A stretch of DNA of 20,000 nt, from the NCBI GenBank assembly GCA_900128395.1, contig LT649245.1, forward strand, positions 44,522 to 64,521. The letters are read 5' to 3'. Origin of the DNA: Stramenopiles sp. TOSAG23-2 (taxonomy: Eukaryota). The translations under genes were made by a program, and so were the position numbers. Of the stretch, positions 9,445 through 19,537 are shown one piece after another. The notes under the pieces are model-generated. The model did not search any database. It saw nothing but the letters and a program-made list of their open reading frames with translations, and had not been told where the DNA came from. Position 1 is the first letter of the stretch, and each line of letters starts with the position of its first letter.

Positions 9445-12400
9445 TCACACACATCCATCTTCTTTTGCAAGTTGATAGAAAGAACTTTCTTTATTTTCTA
9501 ATAATTTTTTTGGTTCATCATACTCATCAATTTGACCATTGTTCAATAATAAAATTTTGTCACTATCAATTATTGTATTGATACGATGCGCAATTGTCAA
9601 TGTAGTGCAATTCTTAAAACTTGTACGAAAAACCATTTGTACTGCTTTGTCGCTTTCTTCATCTAATTTACTTGTAGCTTCATCTAATAATAAAATTCGA
9701 GGTTTTCGAAGTATGGCTCTAGCTATGCACACCAACTGTTTCTCACCAGCAGAAAAATTTTCTCCACCAAGCTTTACCATAGACATTATACCATTTTCCA
9801 TTGAATTTATTTTTTTATATAGACGACATTGTTTTAATGCATTCCATATTTCTTCATCTGAACTTTGATCAAATGGGTCTAAATTCTTGCGTACATTTAA
9901 AGTAAATAATACAGGATCTTGTGGTATGATTGCAATATTGCTTCTCAGTGTATTCAATGGTAATTTCGCAATATCAATATCGTCTATAAGAATTGATCCA
10001 GCTTCATATGTTAAAATTCGAAGTAAGGACAACATTAGCGTTGACTTGCCGCTGCCGGTTCGCCCACACACACCAATACTTTGACCTGCATCAATTGTTA
10101 AACTTAAGTCTTTTAATATCAATGGCAAATCAGTAGCATACCGTATTGATAATTTTGAGATAATAATTTTCCCATGCATTGGCCATTCCTTTGTGGCTAC
10201 TTCACCAATGTTACCACTGCTACCTTTGTAGTCCTCTCCCTCAAGCTCACAATATTCTTTTATACGATCAACATGATTCATGTAATTTTGATGCCATCTA
10301 ACAATTATAATAACGAACCGCATTATCAACTCCCGCAAGATTATGCATGTATAAAATACAAACGATGCTGAATTTGGCTCCATTTCCAAAACCGAGCCCT
10401 TAGTAATGATTACAAAAAAAGCGAATAGACCTATAAAATTATTTGTAATTATATTCAAACGCAAATATGTATAAAGTTGTGTTAATTCTATACAGTATTG
10501 TACATTAAGAAACGATGTTAGTCGCATATCATTGCGATGATTGAATTGGTCAAAAAAACCATAAGCGCGAATACTTCTAATCCCGTGCATGTCTTCTGTA
10601 AAGGACGAGATTAACGGGCTTTTTGTTATCTCGATAAATCGATTCAATTGAATCATCAATTTTTGATACAATTTATTAATGTAATATAACGCGTATATAA
10701 TAGGAATAGCAAGAAGTATCCCAATACCAAAGGTAGCGATCACCATGTAAAGCACTATATAAAATATTATCAAAATCAAACTATAATAGTGTGTGATGCC
10801 GTGTATACCATTAGGAAAGTCTATATAAGGCAAATCATTTTGAAATCTATTGATTGATGTACCTATTTTAAATATGATTTATTTTTATTATACCATTAAG
10901 TTAGTCTATATGCTTGAAAAGCTATATTATAATATCATATATAGAGAAGCCAAAGCTCAAACTTACCCATTGTAGTAGTATCAAAAAATCGCATTTTAGC
11001 AGCTAAAACTGATTTCAACATCTTTCGATGAAATTGTCTTGAAAGTCTCAAAGGTATCACCACAAACTGGAAAATATTAGATAAACTAGCTGATATGCAA
11101 TATACCACAAAAACCGAAAAGTATAGAGAGGCAGAGTTTTTATGAAGCGTCATATCTGCTTTCGTAGTATTAACCCAATCAGCAATATAACAACGTGTAG
11201 TTGTATTATCAATACGCTCGCTACATATTTTTACCGCATTTGTGGTATTATAATATTCTTCTATGTTGTCTATATCTTTTTTTTCCTGGCATTCTTCTGT
11301 ACATTCACTTTGTATACATTTTTCCCAGCATATTTCATTATCAGGATTTAGTTTACTAATATTTAAGTTATCAAATGGTTTTTTTCCTTGTTTTCTACAT
11401 GTTGCCAAATTGTGTGATCCCCAGTCTACAAGAACAAGGTTCATTCCCATATAATCTAATAATATAATTATTGTGATAAGAAACAATACAAAAGTCATGA
11501 AGCCTTTCCCTGAATTTTTAAATAAAAACCAATACACAGAACTGTCGACAGTATCGCCTTTTACTTTCTCTTTTTTAATAACTTTGACTTCTTTATCACT
11601 TTCCATTTCATTTGCGATTAAATCATAAGTGCTTTCTTTCTTTTCAATCAATTTAGGATTGCTACTGTTTTTTTCATTAAGCAATGATATATTATTATTA
11701 TCGTTTTCATCATTTGCTCTATTCGTTTTTTCTACTTTTCCTTTTTTATTCACATTTTCATCCTCCTCATCAAATATATTAAAATTCACACCTTCTTCTT
11801 TTAATTCATCGAATGTTCCAACGTGTTGAATAGTACCTTCATCCATAATCACTATTTTATCAAAGTGCTGTAAATATTGAGAAGAGTGTGTTACTAAAAT
11901 TTTTGTTTTATCTTTTAAATATTCCAGAAAACAATTTTGAAAAATATGTTGTCCAACTTCAGCATCAACCGCGCTCAAAATACCATCGAAAAGATATAAG
12001 TCGCGATTATTTTTATAAATAGCACGTGCCAATGCCACTCTTGCCTTTTGTCCTCCAGATAAATTAATACCACGTTCACCAATTTCAGCTAGATCTCCAC
12101 CTTCTATCACTTCTAAATCAGGTCTTAAACATGCTAAATCAATTACATGTTCATATTTTTCTTTATCGTATTTGGAACCAAAAAGAATATTGTTTTTTAT
12201 AGTTGCATTGAATACCCACGGATCTTGAGACGCGTATGAAATAGAACCACGTACAGAATATATGGAATCAGGAGATTCGTTTTGGTAATTTGTTTCTTGC
12301 AAGATGGACATTAGCAATGATGTTTTCCCACATCCTACTAAACCAATTATAGCTACAAATTCTCCTTCGTCAACTGTTACATTTATATTTTGTAACTTGA

Positions 12401-13865
12401 AGCCATGATTAATAGGTACAGTAACTATATCGCCTTCTTTTTGTCCTTCTTCGACAAGTACTTCAATTTTACGTCCATCGGTTAATGGATATTCAATTGT
12501 CTTTCCAACAGTAACACCAGCTGGTAAAGTCACTTTGTGAAGCGTTGTTGTTTGGTTGGCATTTGTACCCCAAGAGAAACTTCCTTTTCTTATTTCAATT
12601 ACCGGTTTACCATTTATCATCTCATTGTATATTTTTTTGTCTCTTGACTTTGTTGCTAACAATTTGGAAAGCCTTTGAATAGCTATTCCGCCATTAATAG
12701 CGCCAAAAACAATAGTTGGAAAAATTCTTAAACTTTCCAAAAATAATTTCAAAAAAGCCAAACTTGTGAATCCCGTGCTAGGCAAGATAGCTCTTCCACA
12801 TTCTATTGCACTTACGAGAAACATTTCTACTTTTATATACTGTTGAAGAAATCCTGCCATTATAATTGTTTGTAATACATTTAATATATTCAAATTCCTT
12901 AGAGAATTATATTCGAATTTTCTAAACTTACTTGTCTCTTTTGCCATTGGTTCTTCCCAATTGTAAAATTTTATTATTCTTATCGAGCGTAAAATTTCTG
13001 AAAACCATGTAATTCGTTTATCTTTTCGACTATTATATTTTGTTATGACTGAACTTTGCATAAATAATATGGGCCACAAAGGTATGCCAGCTAACACCAC
13101 TAACCACCCTAAAGAGTATACGCTTCTATAGCCAAGATTTCCTCCCAATAGCCCCATAGTGGCAACTGGAGTTAAAAATGTATAAATTTCTGGCAAAACC
13201 ATCATAAAATTAATCGAATCTCGCACATCTCCTTGGTTGTTATTTACCAACTTTCCAATTTCAAATCTTGACTTATCATCATTTGATAGTTGCATTGCCT
13301 TTTGATAAACTAACGATTTTAATGCACCGGTTAATTCCAGCCTAAGTGTATGTCGAAACTGGTATAATACAGATTGAACAGTCGCTTGTATTAGTGGCAT
13401 TACAAATAATATGATCAAATAGATCCATATATTGTCATCCTCTGTGCTACCTTCGATTATTTCAAGTAACATTTGAATAATGATTACATATCCAATGTCG
13501 AAAATAATATTAATTATTTCCAATAAATGAAGTGATAAATACTTCAAACCACCATATCGACACAAAACACAATATGTAAATGAACAAAAACCCCAGCGTC
13601 TTGACTCTCCAACATACCGTTTAATTATCTCGTAGTTGCTTGCTATATCACCTATATCAAACGTTATTGGCAAGTCTTTTTGTTCTAATTGACGTTCTCT
13701 TCCTTTTTTAAACAAAGGGTACACCCAATTTAACGATAAAAAGTTATAACAATTTTTCTTTTCTTTGTATTGTATGTATTTACCATTCTTATTATTATCA
13801 TTTTCCTCCACAATAATTTTTTCAATTGGCACAATATTCGATGAATTTACATTCGATGGTGCCAT
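9445..13865 (-). CDS. ABC transporter subfamily C (MRP-like, TMD1-NBD1-TMD2-NBD2), two exons 13865-10967 and 10862-9445, 1438 aa spliced
   Basis: NBD1: GLVGCGKT, EIGERGINLSGGQKARVALARA; NBD2: GRTGSGKS, IIPQDPVLF, NFSAGEKQLVCIARA, LLDEATS, TIAHRI. Splicing restores FFDTTTMG|TSINRFQNDLPYID, matching the ABCC FFDTTPxGRILNRFxxD motif. Confidence 0.93.
10863..10966 (-). other. Spliceosomal GT-AG intron, 104 nt, phase 1
   Basis: Minus strand donor G|GTAAGT at 10966, branch-point-like GACTAAC at 10906-10900, acceptor AAATAG|G at 10863; removal restores frame and conserved motif. Confidence 0.92.
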
Positions 13866-14664
13866 TATTTTATATATATATATGATTAAATAATAATATT
13901 AATCTACGTCTTACAGCTATATGTTCTTTATCCATCTATAGAATATTCGTATTTCCATATTGCATATGTATAAATGTCTTCTTATGCCTGGTATACATGT
14001 ATGGCCTGATGATATGCTCTAGTGCTCTAGTGTGGGTTTGCCAGTTTGCTGTTCGCAATTTCAAAACCATGTGGTCCATCGTATTCACCTGCTATAGCCT
14101 TATAGGTAGATACTACTAAATGCGGAACAATGGGACCGAAATCGAACGAAATTTTATTTCCGAATTATTTCAATTATTTCATAAATTATATAAAATATTG
14201 TGTTATAAATATATATTTGGATAAATTTCGGAACATAATTTCGAACCCTATTATTCAACTCTGATATAACGCTATTCCTATGCTAATATTTTTATCTTCC
14301 GTAAATTAAAGTGATTTAAATACTTGTATACGCATTTATTGAATTTATTAAAGTGCTCGACCAAGTCGAGCAAAACCGATAAAATAAACACTCTGATAAC
14401 GACAATACAAAAACATTTAGATTGATTAAACAATGTGATTTACAACTTTATGAAGGAGTAGCTCTTTCGTCTAACTCTGAATCACAGACAGAGGAACAAT
14501 GTTTTGAATTATACTAAATAATTTTTACTAAACTTTATTGATGAAATATTATTAAAAGATATTTTCAAAGCATTTGAGGTGATTTAAATGATTAATTTAT
14601 TTATAATAATCTTATTATATATAAAAAATTGAAATTATTACAGAATTGTAACGTTTTAATATTT

Positions 14665-15126
14665 ATGACTAATAAAAGTGAATTATCAAAAAATATACCT
14701 ACAGGTTGTTCATTAAATGAGCACAGACCTTTTTACGCAACTATAGATTCTTATGGTGGAGACTCAAATAAACTACCCACTTGTAAACTTCGTTGTGTTT
14801 GTATCTATCGTAAAGATAAACAACATGTAATGATAAGTGATCATATGTGGATTGATGGAAAAGATGCTGAAATAATAATGTCTTTGACACCAACCGATGA
14901 TAAACCTATTGCAATGGTTAAATTTGGTAAGACTTTTCGACCTAAACGTGGGACAAAGATTTTTATTGTTGCAAAGTGCAAGTTTTATTCTGAAGGAAAA
15001 GCAAAATTATGTAATTTTCAGAGAGTTGAACCATTAGCTTTTATAGATGATAATAAACAGGTTATATATTGGAAAGATGGTATGCCAAAAGATTGTGATA
15101 GTGCTCTTTGGCACGGAGGACAATAG
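14665..15126 (+). CDS. Hypothetical beta-rich protein (153 aa from first ATG) resembling an uncharacterised bacterial/phage/virus family with a 'DH.W' motif
   Basis: Intact ORF in very AT-rich DNA; pattern RPFYATIDSYG...TCKLRCV...ISDHMWI...GTKIFIVAKCKFY. Family resemblance is from memory, unverified. Confidence 0.6.
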   Translation: MTNKSELSKNIPTGCSLNEHRPFYATIDSYGGDSNKLPTCKLRCVCIYRKDKQHVMISDHMWIDGKDAEIIMSLTPTDDKPIAMVKFGKTFRPKRGTKIFIVAKCKFYSEGKAKLCNFQRVEPLAFIDDNKQVIYWKDGMPKDCDSALWHGGQ

Positions 15127-15180
15127 TTTTTAATACTAATATTTACATAAAAAAATTATTTTATATACTAGGCTGATTTC

Positions 15181-15503
15181 CTAATATCCAATTATTTCAT
15201 TTGCACTAGTGTTTTCATTATTAGCTTGATAATTAATACACATGACTAATCTTGGAGTAGTATTTTGACATTTAGAATTACCATGAGCTACTCCACAATT
15301 CCACATTATTAATCTATACCAAATGTGCAAATTTCGATTTTACATCAACTCTTTCTAAGTTTAGTTCAGTTGCAATGATTTAGTTATGACTCGTAGTAAG
15401 TATGGTTTTACATATACTAATGCAACCATTTTCGTATATCAAATTAGAAAATTTTCAACCCCATTATATACCTTAATTTCTACAGCTGAAATAATTCCTT
15501 GAA
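15181..15503 (-). pseudogene. Decayed PhyH-like 2OG-Fe(II) dioxygenase fragment
   Basis: 15312-15181 reads LIMWNCGVAHGNSKCQNTTPRLVMCINYQANNENTSANEIIGY*, matching the PhyH C-terminal 'L.W.....HG...N.S..PR....I.Y' motif. Upstream, in another frame with stops, LQGIISAVE (from about 15503) resembles the family's QG motif. Confidence 0.5.
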
Positions 15504-15518
15504 GAAATATTATATAAT

Positions 15519-15656
15519 AAAAGATAAATATGATTATAAAAGATAAATATGATTATAAAAGATAAATATGANNNNNNNNNNNNNNNNNNNNNNNNNNNNN
15601 NAAAGATAAATATGATTATAAAAGATAAATATGATTATAAAAGATAAATATGATTA
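15519..15656. repeat. 19-bp tandem repeat (aaaagataaatatgattat) spanning an assembly gap
   Basis: About 3 copies on each side of the 30 N's at 15572-15601; true copy number unknown. Confidence 0.95.
15572..15601. other. Scaffold gap (30 N)
   Basis: Directly visible. Confidence 1.
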
Positions 15657-15727
15657 ACGACTATCTAAGGAAAGCGAATAACAAAAAATATATATTCCCA
15701 GGCATTTTTGTTATTTTTGTAATTGGC

Positions 15728-17911
15728 ATGTCCTCTTTCGCCTCTCAGGAAAGTTTACCACAGCTGCTATCCTCGTTAAGCCAAAATCAGGTTGAAGCAT
15801 TGCAACAGTTTCATACATATATATCAGGGACAGATGCTTATGTATATCCTGATGTAATGAGAGAACACCCAATAAGATTCTGCTTAAGATACCTGCGGGC
15901 AGATGACTTCAACGTTAAGCAAGCGACTGAACGGTATCGAGAGTATGTACAACTAGCTAAGGACTTCAATTTTAGAAACGTTGCAGAGTCCATAGAAAAT
16001 GAGTACAAGGAAAATGGTCCAATGTTTGTTTGCGGTCATGATGTAACGGGAAACATTGTAATTGTATGCAGACCCTGCTCCCACTTACCAAAAACATCAA
16101 AGGATTCAGAAAAAGCAGCTGTCCGGTGTATTTATACCATGCAGTTATGCGCCGATCGAATGGCGCCAGGCCACGAGCGCGCAACGATGATTTATGATGC
16201 AGGCGGTGTGACATCTGCGAATTGGGATATGGATTTTGTAAAGAAAATTTCCAAAATGCTTGGAACCTGCTTTCCTGAACGTATTGGAAGAATCTTAATG
16301 TGCAACAATGGATTTTTAGTTTCAAGTCTTTGGAAAATAGTCAAAACTTTTCTTGACCCTGTTACTGCTGCTAAAATTGTATTCTGTGGCAAAAATTTCG
16401 AGGAAAATCTGGTGCCCTTGCTTCCGCCGAAACATCCTTATTTAGAATATTTGATCAGTAAGCGAGATGCAAAAAAACGGCAGGGCAAAACAGGGATAAA
16501 ATTACCGAAGAGTGACGGATACATCGCGATTTGGAAACAGTCTGTAAAATCAGATTACGAGGACCTCCAGTCGTGGAGTACTTTTGATACCTTAAAATTG
16601 GTTAACGACGCGCGCTGCATCAAGAACTTAATGCCACCACCAACAACAACAGAAAAACAGACGGACCATCGTGATCAGGACGGGGATTTACATAGATCAA
16701 GCAATAAAGAGGCAGACGACAGGTTTGTTGAAGGTAATAGTGGCACAGATGGCGGCGTTGATACAGGCGAGAAAGATAGCAGAAACAATTTACTTGGGGA
16801 TGGAAATAGACCAAGCAATAAAAGGGCAGACGACAGGTTTGTTGAAGGTAGTGGCACAGATAACGTTGATATAGACGGGAAAAATAGCAGAAACAATTCA
16901 CTTTGGGATGAAAACACCGTGACAGATTCCGAAGAAGATGGGCAAAGTGAGAGTACCAAGTGCATTAGCAAAAACTACAATAGCTTGAGTTTATATGAAA
17001 AAGATAGCAGCTCTATTTATGCCGTTGCGACGCAGTTGTACCGTGTATTGGAAATTAAAGACCGTACATATCATTTCAGAACATACAAGTCATGTTTCTT
17101 GGGAAGCGACTGCGTTGCTTTCATCATCGCCTTGGGACTTGCCCGCACGATAGAACAGGCGGAAGCCTTGGGAAATAGCTTGATTTCCAAGCGTTTAATT
17201 CAGCATGTGACCAATGAGCATGGTCTAAAAAATGCTTATTTGTTTTACCACTTTTTGGATTTTGAACCAGATGAAAATGAAGAAGTTGCTGAAAAGGGCA
17301 TGTTGATGATTCATCCAATGCTGCCAAAGTACTTGGAATCAGTTGGTCTTTTGGGAACTGCTAGTAGAAGTAAAAGTACTACGGTCAACCGTGTGGTTGG
17401 TCAATTATATAAGAGGGGAAATGGCAGGGTACGATGGAACCAACGTCACATTATTATCCAAGGTCATATATTTTTGTGGAAGGAAGATATTTCATCGGAA
17501 GTTTTCAAGGGGAAAATCTCGTTGAAGGACTACATTTGCAAGGCTTGCAAAAGTCGACTGACGTCAAATATTTTTTTTGCTTTCAAGCTGGTAGATGTTC
17601 ACCAAAACTGTTTGTATTTTGGTTCAAGCAACGAAGCGGAAATGCTCAACTGGATGAACAAAATCCAAGCGATCCAAGCAACATATGTCTCGGAAGTTTT
17701 GAATAATGTGAACAATGCCTTTGCAGAAATCGTACATAAGTTTAATTCTAATTATCAATTAAACTCAGAAACGAACAAGTTGATGAAAGATCCCGTGACA
17801 ATTGCATCGTTAGTATCTTCGTTTAGAGCTCTTTCTCAACGCAGTGCCTCTTCCTATCTCGTAGATATTGACTTTGACAATACTGAGCTAGAGGAAGAAG
17901 TGTTGCTATGA
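15728..17911 (+). CDS. CRAL-TRIO (Sec14) + DEP + PH domain protein
   Basis: CRAL-TRIO: CLRYLRADDFNVKQA, GHDVTGNIVIV, MIYDAGG, CFPERIGRILMCN, LWKIVKTFLDPVTAAKIVF. DEP: IKDRTYHFRTYKSCFLGSDCV...AEALGNSLISKRLIQHVTNEH.LKNAYLFYHF. PH: GQLYKRG...WNQRHIII...KGKISL...FAFKL...LYFGSSNEAEMLNWMNKI. ATG 15728 preferred since ATG 15650 lies in the tandem repeat. Confidence 0.88.
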   Translation: MSSFASQESLPQLLSSLSQNQVEALQQFHTYISGTDAYVYPDVMREHPIRFCLRYLRADDFNVKQATERYREYVQLAKDFNFRNVAESIENEYKENGPMFVCGHDVTGNIVIVCRPCSHLPKTSKDSEKAAVRCIYTMQLCADRMAPGHERATMIYDAGGVTSANWDMDFVKKISKMLGTCFPERIGRILMCNNGFLVSSLWKIVKTFLDPVTAAKIVFCGKNFEENLVPLLPPKHPYLEYLISKRDAKKRQGKTGIKLPKSDGYIAIWKQSVKSDYEDLQSWSTFDTLKLVNDARCIKNLMPPPTTTEKQTDHRDQDGDLHRSSNKEADDRFVEGNSGTDGGVDTGEKDSRNNLLGDGNRPSNKRADDRFVEGSGTDNVDIDGKNSRNNSLWDENTVTDSEEDGQSESTKCISKNYNSLSLYEKDSSSIYAVATQLYRVLEIKDRTYHFRTYKSCFLGSDCVAFIIALGLARTIEQAEALGNSLISKRLIQHVTNEHGLKNAYLFYHFLDFEPDENEEVAEKGMLMIHPMLPKYLESVGLLGTASRSKSTTVNRVVGQLYKRGNGRVRWNQRHIIIQGHIFLWKEDISSEVFKGKISLKDYICKACKSRLTSNIFFAFKLVDVHQNCLYFGSSNEAEMLNWMNKIQAIQATYVSEVLNNVNNAFAEIVHKFNSNYQLNSETNKLMKDPVTIASLVSSFRALSQRSASSYLVDIDFDNTELEEEVLL
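16680..16910 (+). repeat. Diverged in-frame tandem repeat, 2 x ~114 bp (38 aa), in the linker of the CRAL-TRIO protein
   Basis: RSSNKEADDRFVEGNSGTDGGVDTGEKDSRNNL vs RPSNKRADDRFVEGSGTDNVDIDGKNSRNNS; units start at about 16692 and 16806. Confidence 0.9.
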
Positions 17912-18145
17912 CGTTTTATATAATAATGGTTGCGATAAGTTATTTTTCTTTGTGCGTGTGTGTAAAAAAAAATGAAAAAAAATGGAAAAAAATGGAAAAA
18001 TATTTTGAATATAAGTCTAAACATTCACACTATTAATCAAGTTATAGGTGCATTGAAATAAAATAATAAAAATGTTTATAATAAAGTTTAAAAAAGTTAT
18101 CCTCCCAAAACAACCACAGCAAAAATGCTGAAAGCAAACGTACCT

Positions 18146-19537
18146 TTATTCATCCCATGCTGCATCAACTTTCTTTTTTAAACCATCGTAATCATTATCT
18201 GCTTCCTTCTCCGTAATTCCAGCAATACCATTATTATTAGTAGTATCAGTATCAGTACTAGTAGTATTATTATTAGGCTTTTCTTTACCTTTATTACGTT
18301 CTACTTCTTCCGTTACTTCTGCATATGCATCAAGTATAATAGATAAGAATATATTTACGATTGTCAACATCAAAAAAATGGAGAAAAAAATAAATAATAC
18401 AGGTGCGACGAAATTATCTCCAGACCATTCGTAAAATTCTTGTTCTTGATCGGCATAATCTCCTAACATCATTTTAAATACTTGCATTGCCATTTCAGTT
18501 GGATGTGTCCATCTTTCAACAACATGTCCAAAAGATAAATGTGCTAATAAACTGAACGAATACATAAATACAAGTGATGTTACAATCAAATATCCTAAAT
18601 TAGCAGCACTTTTTGTTAATGTCCTGGGAATAACACTTACGGCATTGATTGATTGGAAAATATAAAGCATTTTAATCAACCAAAAAATGACAGCTATCAT
18701 ATCGACATATTTCGTAACCCACGCAGCTTCTGCGGCGACTGATACACCATCTACAAATTTATCCATGTATGCATCATTAATTCTATCCGTGCCGCGTCCT
18801 ACATCTTCCACCATGCTACGTAAAATAGCAACTTTATCATTTTGCAAATTTGTACAAATTCCTTGTAAAATTAAAAAACTAATTAAAACAAGTGATATTA
18901 AAGCACCATCTTTATTCTCTAATAAAGCAATTATGAAATTTTTCGCCCTGTTGTTTCCATTCTTATCAGATGATTTTTTAATACAATAATCAATCACTAA
19001 TTCATAATGATTATATATTACATCTAAAGTGAGATATATGTAACATAAAACTTGACTCCAAATACAAAGGCTCATTATGGTTCTTTCGTCCTCGGTGTAA
19101 TGTGACGTATCTAAAATTTTCTTTGATAATTCATCATTACTGTCAACATGCCGCGCATATGATAACGTTTTAGACGTTGTTGCCCTACCAGTTTGTGAAA
19201 AAGACACTTTCAATGTGAATTGAGCATATATTATTGGTCGAATAGCAACAACAAAGGGTATATTTATTATTACCTTTCGAGTTTGCAAATCCGTCCATGC
19301 GCAAGCTTTCAATGCCTCAAGCTGGTCTTTAATGTTCCCCATTGGATATTGTTCACTTATTGGAAAAGCATATAAATTTTTTATGTGGTATAGTGATAAA
19401 GTTGTATTGTTTTTTGCACCACAATATTTTGATATATATTTTTTTACCTTTTCATTTATATTGTTCTTATCGTTGTTCTTGTTTTTATCTTCCAATGATG
19501 ATGCTGTTGCTGGCATAACAGCTGCTGAAGTTGGCAT
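18146..19537 (-). CDS. Polycystin-2/TRPP-like cation channel protein, apparently lacking S1 and most of the TOP domain
   Basis: End-of-TOP motif LEALKACAWTDLQTRKVIIN...VSFSQTG; S4-S5 linker RTLTKSAANL; S5-pore-S6 FSLLAHLSFG...VFKMMLGDY...PVLFIFFSIFLMLTIVNIFLSIILDAYAEV. ATG at 19537 in context ACCACCATG. Confidence 0.82.
   Translation of the reverse strand: MPTSAAVMPATASSLEDKNKNNDKNNINEKVKKYISKYCGAKNNTTLSLYHIKNLYAFPISEQYPMGNIKDQLEALKACAWTDLQTRKVIINIPFVVAIRPIIYAQFTLKVSFSQTGRATTSKTLSYARHVDSNDELSKKILDTSHYTEDERTIMSLCIWSQVLCYIYLTLDVIYNHYELVIDYCIKKSSDKNGNNRAKNFIIALLENKDGALISLVLISFLILQGICTNLQNDKVAILRSMVEDVGRGTDRINDAYMDKFVDGVSVAAEAAWVTKYVDMIAVIFWLIKMLYIFQSINAVSVIPRTLTKSAANLGYLIVTSLVFMYSFSLLAHLSFGHVVERWTHPTEMAMQVFKMMLGDYADQEQEFYEWSGDNFVAPVLFIFFSIFLMLTIVNIFLSIILDAYAEVTEEVERNKGKEKPNNNTTSTDTDTTNNNGIAGITEKEADNDYDGLKKKVDAAWDE

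Noticed and set aside
9445..13865. ABCC split into two ORFs as a pseudogene or two half-transporters
   Set aside because: Fully explained by a canonical 104-nt GT-AG intron.
14280..14586. Alternative genetic code (stop read-through) rescuing the broken frame
   Set aside because: TGA, TAG and TAA all interrupt it and all three serve as real stops in neighbouring genes, so decay or non-coding DNA is more likely.
15519..15656. 19-bp repeats as a CRISPR array or telomeric repeat
   Set aside because: Head-to-tail copies with no spacers, no cas genes, eukaryotic context, and no G-rich telomere-like unit.
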